From NCBI GenBank assembly GCA_951406725.2, contig OX597821.1, forward strand, positions 1,302,001 to 1,366,000: a stretch of DNA of 64,000 nucleotides, written 5' to 3'. Source of the DNA: Octopus vulgaris (Eukaryota). The notes below the pieces were generated by a model that had not been told where the DNA came from, made no database searches, and was given only the letters and a program-made list of their open reading frames with translations. Position 1 is the first letter of the stretch; each line of letters starts with the position of its first letter. Below, piece by piece: positions 25,601-40,399 of the stretch. Position numbers and translations under genes: made by a program.

Positions 25601-26280
25601 TCTTTATATAATAATAACTGATGTATAAATGTTGGTTGGGTGATTTCTCCAGTCACCCTTCATATCGTATGCAGACGAGAAGAGATCTTAAAAAAGAGAT
25701 ATGGAGTAAAAATAAGCGATGTGGCTTGAATGCATGTACTAGGCTTAAGAACAAATGGTAGAGACGAACTAAATGGCAGTGTACTTACAAGAGGAATTAT
25801 ACAAAGGAAAAATTTAGTTTATTTAATATTATATTAAGATAATCCCGATGATATAGGAAGCTTGCCCAAGGTGATGTGTGGTGTGACTGAACCCGAAAGT
25901 ATGCGGTTACAAAATGAGTTTATTAACCAGACAGCCATGCATGTGTCTGGATCTTCAAATTTTGGAAATAGCAATAAAGGAAAAGAATTTTTTACGGGGA
26001 CAAAAATTATGGAGAGAAACTAATGGATCAGCCCTGGGAGAAGCGGAGAGACAAAATATCACAAATGATAAAGGGAAGAACGATAAAAATAAGAGAAATC
26101 AAACAAGGGCGTGTGGTAAAATATCTGCACAGGTTCAGGAAAAGTTAATCTGGTGAAGGTGCTGTAGAATAAATGAAATATAAACAACGAGACAATAAAC
26201 AAAACAGAAGTTCAAGGATATTCATAATTAATATTAAGTTGAAAAGAAGAAAAAATATTATCAATAAGTTATAGAGTAAA

Positions 26281-26326
26281 TGTTTAACTTTTCGGATTTG
26301 GTCCTTCATCAGATATTGGAGGAAAG
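26281..26326 (-). ncRNA. Degenerate hammerhead motif in a PLE-like remnant
   Basis: Minus strand: CTGATGA-a-gga-ccaaa-tcc-GAAA-agtta; stem I poorly paired. Confidence 0.45.
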
Positions 26327-26603
26327 TAAAAGAGAAGAAGAAAAACATACAGGGGTTAGGCGATGGGGCTATAGCCTAGTTACGCAGGCAACACACCACG
26401 AAATGTATATGGATATGTCATATTTTTTTTTTTTTTTGTCTTTGCGTTATCTCTTCCGTATCGTCGTATTTAATCTGCCGGGAGTCAGGAAATATCATTC
26501 TGCATGGCAAAATATAGGAAGACATGAGAGAAGCGAGGTGCACAGTGCTGAAACAGAAGATTCAACGATTATTTTACGTCACCATATTACCATTATTAGC
26601 AAG

Positions 26604-26698
<95 letters not shown>

Positions 26699-26706
26699 CA
26701 CTACTG

Positions 26707-26786
<80 letters not shown>

Positions 26787-27128
26787 CTTTATTCCATTTC
26801 CAGCTGAAACGGCACATTCTTATAAATGGCTGTCAGAATTCTATTGACTGTTATTTTTTCTATTTTCGTTATAATTGCTAACATTTTTTTTGCCTTAAAT
26901 ATATGTTTTGTATTTCTTTTAGCACTTTATGTTTCTATTTTACGCATTATTTCAGGCTTATTTCATTGTTGTTGTTGTTGTTGTTGTTGGCCAGTCTCAA
27001 TATCGGCTAAGTTGGAACAACATTTCTTATAAATCTTAAGATGTGTCTTGCATCTTAATTATGGTAATTCAGAGAAACTGGTTTAAATATACGCTTGTAT
27101 ATGTATGTATGTATGTATGCATGCATGC

Positions 27129-27154
<26 letters not shown>

Positions 27155-27159
<5 letters not shown>

Positions 27160-27361
27160 CATGTATGTATGTTTACACGTATGAATATATCTATACTTAT
27201 ATATTTGTGTATGTATATATTCTTATATATATATATATACATATATACGTATGCATATATGTATGTGTGAATCTGTGGGTATATATATATTTGTACTCAC
27301 TCATACGTGACCCCACACACTGACACCCACATAGACACACATTTATCTATCTATCAATATA

Positions 27362-27392
<31 letters not shown>

Positions 27393-28557
27393 GCCTTATA
27401 TATATGCATATATATATATATGGACACAAAAACACACAGACATTCATACATACGTATACATTCGTGAGTGTGTGTGTGTGTGTGTGTGCGTGTGTGTGCA
27501 TAGACGCTTATTATAACACAGAACAATGAAGCACGAAATCCACATTATCAGCCTCTATCTTTAGAAACATTAGATGGATTTACATCAACATGTTCCTCAC
27601 CACATCATCCTCATCATTATCATCATGAAATCATCATCACCATCTGCATTCTTATCATCATTGTCGTCACGTCGCCTTCATCATTTTGATCATCAAGTAT
27701 CTTCCTCGTTGTTGTCGTCATCATCATCAACATAAAATATGCAATTTCATTAATCACCTGCAGGACTAATTTTTCACAAGAAAGAGTCCATTTAATCAGT
27801 ATCTAATAACTCTTACTGATAATAAACTTACATCAAATATAAAGATAGGTCCTGGAAAAACCATTTCATACAGAAATTGAAGCTCCTTGTTATGAAATAC
27901 ACACAAGAAATCAGACAAACGCAAAACAAGGTAGAAACTAATTAGTACTTGAATACAAAATATATTATAAAATAGTGTTTTATTAAAGCCGAAACAAGTC
28001 TCCAAAAACTCTAACTCAATCTGATGAACGATTACGTGAAACACTAAGTAGTAGTGTATGAAGATTTTAGTTTTTCGACTTTAAGAAAATATTATCATGA
28101 AGTATGTATACACATGTGGACCGAGGCCTCTATGGGTTTGTGTATACAGAAAGAAGACTGCAATACCAGTTTTCAAAGCAGGTTAAAATGAGATAATTTT
28201 CCGCACATGTGTAAAGCTAGACTGCAGTACGAAATAGCAAAGTACGCCCAGAATGAAAACACTCCGTTACAAAAAAATTATTCCGTACGTGTTTAGCAAG
28301 CGGTAAGGTATTTCAAGTTGGCGAATAAGAAGATACTTGGATATCATTAAACACAAGTAGAAATTTAGCATTTATATCCACAGCTGGATTACACAAGTTC
28401 AATAGGAGAAAGAAAACCTGCAGCGAAGAACGTCACTCATTATCAATAATACCATTTGTAAGTTTATAGTCATCGTCGATTATCCACTGATAACCTCTGA
28501 TAAAGAAGAGGATAATGAGTATTTCTGTGTGCATATGTGCATACATATGTCTCTATT

Positions 28558-28652
<95 letters not shown>

Positions 28653-29076
28653 ATGAGTGTAACTATGCATGTATGTCGGCGTATGTATGTATGTATGCAT
28701 GCATGTATGTATGTATGTATGTGTATGTACATATGTAATGTATGTGTGTATGTATGTATGTATGCATTGTGCGTATGCATGTATGTATGTTTACACGTAT
28801 GAATATATCTATACTTATATATTTGTGTATGTATATATTCTTATATATATATATACATATATACGTATGCATATATGTATGTGTGAATCTGTGTGTATAT
28901 ATATATTTGTACTCACTCATACCTGACCCCACACACTGATACCCACATAGACACACATCTATCTATCTATATATATATATACACATACATATATATATAT
29001 ATATGCCTTCATATATATGCATATATATATATATGGACACAAAAACACACAGACATTCATACATACGTATACATGC

Positions 29077-29124
<48 letters not shown>

Positions 29125-30181
29125 ATAGACGCTTATTATAATACAGAACAATGAAGCACGAAATCCACATTATCAGCCTCTATCTTTAGAAACATTAGAT
29201 GGATTTACATCAACATGTTCCTCACCACATCATCCTCATCATTATCATCATGAAATTCTCATCACCATCTGCATTCTTATCATCATTGTCGTCACGTCGC
29301 CTTCATCATTTTGATCATCAAGTATCGTCCTCATTGTCATCGTCATCATCATCAACATAAAATATGCAATTTCATTAATCACCTGCAGGACTAATTTTTC
29401 ACAAGAAAGAGTCCATTTAATCAGTATCTAATAACTCTTACTGATAATAAACTTACATCAAATATAAAGATAGGTCCTGGAAAAACCATTTCATACAGAA
29501 ATTGAAGCTCCTTGTTATGAAATACACACAAGAAATCAGACAAACGCAAAACAAGGTAGAAACTAATTAGTACTTGAATACAAAATATATCATAAAATAG
29601 TGTTTTATTAAAGCCGAAACAAGTCTCCAAAAACTCTAACTCAATCTGATGAACGATTACGTGAAACACTAAGTAGTAGTGTATGAAGATTTTAGTTTTA
29701 CGACTTTAAGAAAATATTATCATGAAGTATGTATACACATGTGGACCGAGGCCTCTATGGGTTTGTGTATACAGAAAGAAGACTGCAATACCAGTTTTCA
29801 AAGCAGGTTAAAATGAGATAATTTTCCACACGTGTAAAGCTAGACTGCAGTACGAAATAGCAAAGTACGCCCAGAATGAAAACACTCCGTTACAAAAAAA
29901 ATTATTCCGTACGTGTTTAGCAAGCGGTAAGGTATTTCAAGTTGGCGAATAAGAAGATACTTGGATATCATTAAACACAAGTAGAAATTTAGCATTTATA
30001 TCCACAGCTGGATTACACAAGTTCAATAGGAGAAAGAAAACCTGCAGCGAAGAACGTCACTCATTATCAATAATACCATTTGTAAGTTTATAGTCATCGT
30101 CGATTATCCACTGATAACCTCTGATAAAGAAGAGGATAATGAGTATTTCTGTGTGCATATGTGCATACATATGTCTCTATT

Positions 30182-30278
<97 letters not shown>

Positions 30279-30306
30279 ATGAGTGTAACTATGCATGTAT
30301 GTCGGC
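27155..30306. repeat. Tandem duplication, ~1625-bp period, 2 near-identical copies
   Basis: About 27155-28680 versus about 28773-30306. ORFs 27796 and 29421 differ by one residue. Breakpoints lie in (TATG)n tracts. Confidence 0.95.
28016..28061 (+). ncRNA. Hammerhead-like motif with a full stem III (duplicated at 29641-29686)
   Basis: CTGATGA-acg-atta-cgt-GAAA-cacta-agtag-tagtg-TA^; stem I pairs only out of register (tca/tga). Confidence 0.55.
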
Positions 30307-30400
30307 ATATATATATATATATATGCGCGCGCGTGTGTTTGCGTATGTATGTGTGAATGTATGCATGTATGTACATATGTATGTAATATAAAAAGATACA

Positions 30401-30445
<45 letters not shown>

Positions 30446-31150
30446 ATATATATATATGTATGTATGTGTGTGTGTGTGTGTGAGTATGATATATATAACA
30501 CTGCAATGAATGCTCGTTGTTTTTATGGTAATTTCTGCTGTAAACATACCATTTTATAGCAGCACTCGTGTTAATGTCTTTTTTATGTCAAATAAAGCAA
30601 TTATTAGTATTACTATCACAATTATCATTATCACTATTTATGTTTATCGTCGTTTTATGTCCCTATAGGTAACGGAAGTGACCCTTACACATCAGAGCAA
30701 CTGCAGCTGACACAATATTTCCCTTCACTTCTTATCATCAGCATCGTTTGACCTTTTAAGCTCAAAGATATCGTAGCAACAATTATCTTGATTGAAGTTT
30801 TTGTAAGCCCGTCCCGCTGACCACCCAACCAACGATCCAATGAACGAACCAAGCAACCAACCAAGGCACCGACCGACCGACCGTCTGTCCAATCGACGGA
30901 CGGACAGACAGACGGTCCGGCCGACCAACCGACCGATCGACTGATGCTCTAAAAGAGTTATTGGCGAGATGTTATCTAGTAATGTGTTGCGGTAAAGTGC
31001 TTGTGTATCACTCTTTACCTACATACCTACCTACCTACCTACCTACCTACCTACCTACCTACCTACCTACCTACCTAACAACCTATCTACCTACCAACCT
31101 ACCTACCTACCTACCTACCTACCTACCTACCTACCTACCTACCTACCTAC

Positions 31151-31222
<72 letters not shown>

Positions 31223-31681
31223 TTATCTATCTATCTTTCTATTTCTATATTTGTAGCTATATACGAACGAGTGTGTGCGAGTGCGCGAGCTCGCGCGCGT
31301 TTATGTATATATATATCTTTACAATTGCACTAAGCAACTGTATGCATATACACACACACAGACACACAGACACACACATACACGCGCACACACACACATA
31401 TATATCATTCAAAGTTACTGAAAACAGGAGACGAGGACAGGTGACGGAATAACAATTAGGTGTATTACTTTCGATCTTACGCACTTCCACAGAAAGTAAT
31501 TAGAGGGAAGAAACCGGTAAGAGAAACAATGTGTAGGGATTAACGATTCCACATGATGAAAAATTTTATACACGCACACACATGTATATATATATATATA
31601 TATATATGCATATACATACATACATATTATATATACATACATACATACATATATACATACATACATACATATATATATACA

Positions 31682-31759
<78 letters not shown>

Positions 31760-31869
31760 GTTCAAAATTGTGAAAAAAACTACAAAAGAAAAAGAAAAGT
31801 GAGAGTGAGAGAGACAAGTAAGGAAATAACAATAGTGCATTAGTTTGTCTCTGAAGAGAACAGGAAGTG

Positions 31870-31905
31870 TCTTTGACGTTTCGAGCCTATGCACTTCTAC
31901 AGAAA
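31870..31905 (-). ncRNA. Hammerhead-like motif, CUGUNGA family (older copy)
   Basis: Minus strand: ttt-CTGTAGA-a-gtgc-atag-gctc-GAAA-cgTC^aaaga. Confidence 0.5.
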
Positions 31906-32291
31906 TTAACGAGAGGAAGCGGAAGGCCACTGGAAAGCAAAAACGGAGAGATTAATGGAAACCGTGACTGGCTTAACTGCTGTATATTTTGAATTGACTG
32001 GAAAGAAGGAAGCGGTGGGAGACACGGGTGTCAAGAGACAATAACCTACTCAATGTTTATGTGTGAAGCATATGTCTGTATGTGAGGATAATGTGTATAT
32101 GTGTGTATATATATGCATATATGGGCCAGTGCGTGTGTATGTGTAATGTGTATTTCAGCATGTTTGTGTATATTTTACTTTATATACGTGTATAAGCATA
32201 TATATATATATATATGTGTGTGTGTGTTTGTGTGTGTTTGTGTGTGTGTGTGTGAATGTATATGTGAATGCATGCGCATACTCACGCACAT

Positions 32292-32373
<82 letters not shown>

Positions 32374-32678
32374 TGAAACACTGAACAACGTTGCTCAGCG
32401 TTCAATTCCATTGCCCGGCATCTTGAACTAATATTTTCCACTAGAGCCTCTGACCCAACAAAAGAAATGCAACGACTGAGCGGAACAAACGGGAAATTCA
32501 CACACAAAACGGATCGTTGCTCATTCCTCATCAGTTATCGTCTAAAAGTTCCGAGCAATTTCACGTCTTTAACGATTATATATATATGTATATGTATGTG
32601 TGTGTGTGTTCGTATTTGTGTTTTTGCATGTAACTTACGTATCCAGCAACAGAGATCGATAAAATTAGTACCAGGCTT

Positions 32679-32995
32679 GGATCTTTTCTAAAAGATGGAC
32701 AGAATTTTCTACTTAGTACTTATTCTATCGGTTTTGTCTTGCCGAACTGCTAAGTAAACACACCAGCATCGGTTGTCAAGTTACTGAATAACACGGTAGA
32801 AATGAATTGAGGTCAAACCAGAGAATACGATTGGTTAAAATCCGAAGAATTAAACTACGTAAAAGTTACAAAATACATTTTTCTCATAAAAACTAATTGA
32901 AATTAATGTTTTCTTTTGACACATTCTACCAGTGTACGAAGTTTCAAATTATTTAGTATAAGTAAAAAATTCTGTCCATCTTTTAGAAAAGATCC
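32679..32995. mobile_element. MITE with GG-initiated ~37-bp TIRs and 8-bp TSD (Merlin-like)
   Basis: TIR ggatcttttctaaaagatggacagaattttYtactta at both ends; TSD ccaggctt at 32671-32678 and 32996-33003. Confidence 0.8.
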
Positions 32996-33493
32996 CCAGG
33001 CTTAAGATAAACCAACGATAAAAATCAGTAACTTGACAACCGATGCTGGTGTGTTTACGCCCCCGTCACTTAGCAGTTCGGCAAGACAAAACCGCTAGAA
33101 TAAGTACTAGGCTTACAAAGAATAAGTCCTGGGATTGATTTGCTCGACTAAAGGCTGTGCTCCAGTATGGCCGCAGTCGAATGACGGAAACAAATAAAAG
33201 AATAAAAAGAATATATACATCGAAGATACGTCTCGCCTTCACCTTCGAAACGTAGAGTAGAGGAAACCATGGCGACTGAAGAAGGGGTTTTTCCTTGTGT
33301 TATTTGTCCTGTACTCTATTTTTTTGTTGTTTAAGAAAAATGTCCAGTTCCTTGGGTTTGTGTCTATGTTTTCGCTCCTCATTGTGTTCGACGTTTTTTA
33401 GTGTCCTGTACTCATATATGCGTGTATATATACATGTAGAGGTAGGTACGTACATATATGTATATATATATATATATGCATATGTTTTATTTA

Positions 33494-33553
<60 letters not shown>

Positions 33554-33876
33554 TTCGCACGCATAGATTCGTATATATATCTGATGCACACACACACACA
33601 CGTGTGTGTGTGTATATACATATACACACACACATAAGTACGTTAATTGACCAAAAAGTGATTCCCTGGAGTAAGTAAGTAGGCAAGTAGTTTAACTGTT
33701 AATCAGGCTGCTAATTCAAACATGATGTTATGACAAGTCCGTTTAGCAAACAAACACCAATAACCGGTTGATGAATGAACGGAGTCGCTCGCAGACGAGA
33801 CAAAGACGTCTCCTCGGTCTGTTCTGATAGAAATGACAGCACAATAATAAGGGCAGCGGCGGCGGCGGCGACAACA

Positions 33877-33909
<33 letters not shown>

Positions 33910-34360
33910 GCAACATGTCAATAGGATTTTCAAATAGTCGATAAAACTACTTTAAAAGAAAAAAAAACAAAACGAACAAAGATAAATGTAGTGGAAACTA
34001 ATAAGAAATTAGAAAGAAAACAAAGAAAAAACAAACAAACAAACCAAAGGGAAAGCAAACCTATAAAAGATATTCTAGAATTATATTCTATCTTTTACTT
34101 CTTTCAGTCGTTATTTGTTTCATTTGACTGTGGCCATGCTGGGGCACCGCCTTGAGTTTTTAGTCGAATGAATCTACCCTAGTAATCTTTTCCGTTAAAG
34201 ACAGAGACAAGACTCATACACATACATGTATGTATACATACATGGCTGTGTAGTAAGTAGCTTGCTTACCATCCACATGGTTCCGGGTTCAAAGAATAAG
34301 TCCTGGGGTCCAAGCTCCAGTATGGCCGCAGTCAAATGACTGAAACAAGTAAAAGAGTAC

Positions 34361-34740
<380 letters not shown>

Positions 34741-35489
34741 CATATGTGTGTGTTTGTGTGAGTGTTCTTATTGTTTCTGTGCTTGTTCCCCACCACTGCT
34801 TGACAATTGGTGTTGGAGTGTTTACGTCCCCATAACCTAGCGGTTCGGTAAAAGACGCTGATTGAACAAGTACCAAGCTTTACAGAAAAATAAATAAATA
34901 AAGAAAATAACGACTGTGCTTCACTCGTCCGACTAAAATCTTTCAAGGCGGTGCCCCAGCATGGCCGTAGTTAAATGACTGTATCTTGTAATGTAAAAGT
35001 TAGTAGTCTGTATTGTTTTATACTATTTGTTGCAATATAACTCTCTATACTATTTTATATTATCAGAAATAGGTCTTATCAAAAACTGAAAGTCTTCTCA
35101 TTCTGAAGAAAGAATGATACCTATTTGCTTTACAAAACCCAGCGGAGGCATACAATGAAGTATTAATCTCATATAAGGGACGGTGCTGGTGCTGCACTTA
35201 CAGACGCTCTATACCACACCCAAGAAACGTGCAATCCGACTGACAGTTACTCATAGACATACTCTGGTTTTAGACATACACACAGTAGGATCGCCATTTC
35301 ATATCTTTGTCTCATCTACCGTATTCTAATGACTAACGCTTCACAGATCAGGCTAAGCAAATATCACCTTCACTCAGACACTCATAGGCTTTCGCCACCA
35401 GTTCATAGATTTTTCTTTTATACCTGTTCCAAATATTTCATCGACTGTCAAGGACAGACTTCGTTGTACGTAGCCCTATTCATCTATTG

Positions 35490-35815
35490 CGTGCGAATGT
35501 ATCTCAGAAGAACGTATAAAGCAGGCAGAAGTTTTCACTTTTAATCAATGTCATGTATTTCATTGCCTATCGAGGACTAACTTTAACATACACGACCCGG
35601 TTAAACCACCATCTGGGAATATATCTCAGAAAATTTGAAATGAATTGGAGAATTCTATGCTAAATCTATGGTTCGTATTTCATTCTCTACGAAAGAGGGA
35701 CATCAACATCATTGTATGTGACCCACTTAAGATATCGTATGCGAGAATATCTCAGAAGATCATTTAGATGAGACACAGCTTCATTACTATAAAAGAGGAA
35801 ATCAGCATCAGTGCT
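35490..35815. repeat. Degenerate ~125-bp tandem repeat, 3 units
   Basis: tatctcagaa recurs at about 35500, 35623 and 35748, each followed by ttcatt..cta..gagg. Confidence 0.6.
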
Positions 35816-36399
35816 CTTGAACCTCACGGGGTTTGAAGACATATATAAGCAATATAATTCCAATTTATATCAATTCTTTTCTGAACGTTTGCCAAATCAG
35901 CCAACCAATTGTTGAATCTATTTATAAAGTAGGAAACAGACTAACAAATCGATGGATAGATAGACTGGAATGATGGCTGGATGGATCAATCGAGCAATTA
36001 ACAATTAGAGAGCAAATACATGTCGCAATCAGCCAAGTAAATCGTAGCGAAAAATCATGAAATTATTAGTAAAGTTGTTCAGTCAATCGTCAAAGTCGTT
36101 CTTCAAACAACGGGCAAATTAATTAGCCAAACCGTTCACCAATCAATCTTTTACTCCATCAGTCAAGAAATTCATAAATCATCTAGCTGAGTAGGGTAGG
36201 TAGACAATCGAATTAGTACAAACAACTAGTTAGATTATTTATCCATTCATCGAGTCAATATCTTAACGGTTTGCCATTCTACTCAGTAATTAATAAATCA
36301 AACATATCTACGCGAAAAGTGGAACATGTCAGTCGTCACTAATACACGAATCCATAGACAAATTGAATGCTAAAACTCTTATAATGATCAATAATATTA

Positions 36400-36790
36400 A
36401 AATAAATTCTTACTAATGCGTATATTGGTTACGACTGAAAGGGCGATGGAAAGATTCCTGCTGAGGCTATTATTGAAAAAGCTCATTGGAAATGGAATAC
36501 TTCGAGAACGAAGCGGATTGACCATGTGATCGCAGAGTACAGAAAGCAAAAGATCTGCTGGGCCGCGCATGTCACATGGTTCAAAGACAACAGGTGGACT
36601 CGTGTAGTTGCCGAGCATTATCCAAAATATCGGAAAAGGCCCCTTGGACGGCCACCACAACGATTTTACCAAGCAGTTTGGGTTAACATGGAAAAGAATG
36701 GTGCTATCAAAATAGAATTGGAGGCGCATTGTTATCAGCGATGTATAACAGCGTTTGCTGATCTAGTCAATACTTTGATTCTGGGATATT
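36400..36790 (+). pseudogene. RTE-clade LINE ORF C-terminal fragment
   Basis: TTERAMER...LRERSG, then WAAHVTW..DNRWTRVV..YP..RKRPLGRPP.R, matching the RTE C-terminal pattern WAGHV..DNRWT...KR..GRP..RW. Confidence 0.8.
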
Positions 36791-36814
36791 AACCGGTATA
36801 ATACACTTCTACAA

Positions 36815-37200
36815 GGAGGCGCAATGGCCCAGTGGTTAGGGCAGCGGACTCGCGGTCGTAGGATCGCGGTTTCGATTCCCAGACCGGGCGTTGTGAGTGT
36901 TTATTGAGCGAAAACACCTAAAGTTCCACGAGGCTCCGGCAGGGATGGTGGTGATCCCTGCTGTACTCTTTCACCACAACTTTCTCTCACTCTTACTTCC
37001 TGTTTCTGTTGTACCTGTATTTCAAAGGGCCGGCCTTGTCACTCTCTGTGTCACGCTGAATATCCCCGAGAACTACGTTAAGAGTACACATGTCTGTGGA
37101 GTGCTCAGCCACTTACACGTTAATTTCACGAGCAGGCTGTTCCATTGATTCGGATCAACAGGAACCTTGGTCGTCGTAACCGACGGAATGCTTCCATCCA
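36815..37200 (+). mobile_element. tRNA-derived SINE (family D2), full length
   Basis: A box tggcccagtggttaggg, B box ggtttcgattccc; core shared with 3205-3497 but a different tail. Confidence 0.88.
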
Positions 37201-37241
37201 CACTTCTACAGAAATTCTGCATTGAGTGTAGTGACGAAGGT

Positions 37242-37382
37242 GTATCTATGTTGCTGCAGGAGTATCTGTGTTGACTCATGCATGTCTGTCGTTGACTCAG
37301 GCATATCCATGTTGACTCAGGCTTATTTGTGTTGACTCAGGTATGTCTGTGTTGAGTCAGAAATGTCTGGGTTGACGCATGC
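37242..37382. repeat. 20-bp minisatellite with AP-1-like TGASTCA cores
   Basis: TGACTCA at 37272, 37293, 37313 and 37333; TGAGTCA at 37353. Confidence 0.85.
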
Positions 37383-38118
37383 GTGTCTAATGTTGAGGAA
37401 GGCAAGTTTATGCGACTAAGAAGTTTACTGTGCACTCCTGGGGAGACACTTCGAACACCACTGCACAAAACATTGTGTTTGTGTCTCATACCAATATCAC
37501 GGGTCAACTAAAAGCTTGAAAGTGAAATTTACTCACATGGTTCTCTGAAAACATGTACACTCATTCTATGGCGTGTTCAGTACATCACTCGATTCAAAAC
37601 GACCTCTCGCCTGGTTTTTGTATGGCTTTAATGGAGTCCATGCTGTTGTTGATATTTGGAGCCAGGACTGCAGGTTAAGTATTACCTCCAATCTTTCCTC
37701 ACAAGTCTCCTAAACTTGAGACACTAGAACAAGTCTTTTACCTCTGGTTAATATTTTACATTAAAATATTAACCAAAACAAAAACACAGCTCAGCAGGAC
37801 GCCGTCACTCGTGAGCAGCGATAAATTAGTAACATGTAACGCGGTATTGCAAATTGTTTGATGTACCTATACAGTGATGAGTAGACATAGAGACACTCTT
37901 TCCGTCAGATCGCACTAGAAACAGTCGAAAACACAGCATGTAAATTCAGAAGGAATATAATTGCTTCTAATATGCATATTAACTGACTCAGTAACTTTCA
38001 ACAAGAATGGTATGCAATATGCATGTGTTGATGCAGACATGGTTATGTGGCAACAACGCTCGACTTTCAGTTATCTGGTTTCAAGTAGAACGATGCATGA
38101 AGTTCTTGATTGCTATTA

Positions 38119-38635
38119 TTGGGTTGTCCGGAAAGTTCGTGACGATTTTTAAAGGAAAGGAAAAGGTTAATAAATACTTGCCATTACATTTTAATCAACC
38201 AAATATGAACCATTTTGTTTCACAATGCGTCTCCGTCTTTCCTTTAACTTGAAAATACCCTTTTCCCAGAATTGAGGTAGTTTCATGGCAAAAAATTCAT
38301 CAAGATATCTTTCTACGTCATCCAAGGAATTGAAATTTTTACCATTAAGACTATTCTGCAGAGACCTGAATAAGTGGAAATCTGAAGGAGCAATATCTAG
38401 TGAATATGGAGGGTGGGGTAACACATCCCAGCCGAGCTGCAGCAATTTTTGTCTGGTTCCCAAAGAATCAAGTGCCGAAAACGAACTTTCTTATCTTCCA
38501 ATTTAAAGGGTTACAGAATTAACACAGGTTATAGGAACATAAATCTTCTTCCATGAAAAGATAGCTTAAACTGTGCTCTAAATAAGTCGAAAGATAAGCT
38601 ACTATAAATCGGCCCGAACTTTCCGGACAACCCAA
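38119..38635 (-). mobile_element. Internally deleted mariner (mellifera-like), 517 bp
   Basis: TIRs ttgggttgtccggaaagttcg with TA flanks. ORF 38191-38463 reads [37 protein letters not shown]; N-terminal EDKKVRFRHLIL abuts it. Confidence 0.93.
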
Positions 38636-39599
38636 TAGTTTGGAAGTGAGAAATGGAGCGAAGACTTGTGTGAGTAATTTAGTTGGAGGAAAATATTGGA
38701 TGGAAACTCCTTGAAGGAAGCATTTCTGCTTTTTCTTGCGGTTTACTTCACACCACCACATGACCCAACTGAAACATATTCATAAACACACAAACACAAA
38801 CACATACACACACACACACACTTGTCTCACATAGTCACCGGTATTTGTGGGAAGGAGGAAATAGAAGAGCTATGCTCAGGCAGGAAAACTGGCCCAATCA
38901 CTTCTCCAGTTTGCAGTTTGCCAAAGGCATCTAAGGGTCATTCAAGGGTCATGCGTGTCTAACTGAAGTTAATTTTGATGAGAAAAGCAAACAACTCGAT
39001 GTGGAAAGGATTGTGAGTGTAAAGAGATACATCGACAGCATCAGTCAATTTGCTATCTCGTCCAGATATCGAATTATTATATTTCATTATTGCTCCGACA
39101 GCCATATCATATTCTCCTTTTCTGTGTTACTTCATTATATCACAGTAAAAGCAGCAAAACATTTCTTTATAGCTCTAACAACTGTAGAGTACCTTCCGTA
39201 TCACTAAAGCTATACAAAAGAACACAAAGGCGAACCCCGTCCTTGTTTGAAAGATATCTGTAATAGAAACGTGAAGACTCATATTCTCCTCGGACTGACT
39301 CCCATAACCATTCGATATTTTTTTTTTAAATCATATATTTTTGCAAATAATTGTGTCAAAAATTGTTAATATATTTTGTGCATTGTAGAAGTTTTACCAA
39401 TTTATTGCAGATGAATTTTTAACAGCAAAATCATCCGTGGTCCCACAAGGGCCATATAGACCCCAGTCTAGCTCCACTGCTGTATATGAACGTTGATAAT
39501 AGCTCTCGCTGGAAAATAGAGCAGTATAAGGCTTTAACAAGACAAGGCAGACACAAATGTCCCATCGTCAACACAGATATACCTGCGTCAGCGCAGACA

Positions 39600-39770
39600 G
39601 GCTAGCTGATGAGGACAAGTAAATTCTACTGAAGAACAACACTAGGGAAGGACTGGGGAACATCGCGGTACAGTCACAACTGCTCGAATACTACTCCATC
39701 AACGAGACCCAAGCAAACACTTCAGATGCACATCAGTGGTGTTTGCATACACCCACTCCACAAACGCGAT
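39600..39770 (+). pseudogene. Possible ancient LINE (Ingi/Vingi-like) fragment
   Basis: Frameshifted motifs ..GKDWG and NET...ISG resemble KL.GT.WG and LNET.RIITGC. Weak evidence. Confidence 0.25.
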
Positions 39771-40197
39771 TGCACATTTTTGATCATGCAAACGTATAGA
39801 GATAGTAGAAAAGGAGTAAAATAGAAAAGATGATTTATGAACTGTCATTTACTCTGAGTTTCACGATGCCATCTTTCAAAGCATTTCACTTTTAAATAGC
39901 CATACTCTGACACGAAACTTACTCGCACGCATGTCCGCCCGAAGCAAGCACGCACGAAGATTGCCCGAACGTTTGCCCGCATCCCCGTTCCCTCTCATGC
40001 CCGCACGCACTCACGGACACAGACACACACGCATGCACACCCACACCCGTACGTACGAATGCACACACTGTTAAAAATGTATATATGTGTGTGTATGTGT
40101 ATGCGTGTATATATACTATATATGTGTGTGTGAATATATATATGCACCTATCTATCTATCTATTTATATAGATATATATACATATACACATATATAT

Positions 40198-40240
<43 letters not shown>

Positions 40241-40362
40241 AATACATATATATATATATGTATATATATACACATATATATACATATATATACATATATA
40301 TATATATATATTTATATATATGTATATATACATATATGCATATATATTTATATATGTATATG

Positions 40363-40399
<37 letters not shown>

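Noticed and set aside
27796-28044. 82-aa ORF present twice (also 29421-29669)
   Set aside because: The identity is due to the recent tandem duplication. It lies antisense to a hammerhead-like region and has no recognisable domain.
30669-30801. Possible exon after ccctatag
   Set aside because: Stops occur in all three frames and there is no homology; it cannot be supported without RNA data.
37600-37750. Possible CR1/L2 remnant (CEERLE) on the minus strand
   Set aside because: Only one short motif; too degenerate to call.
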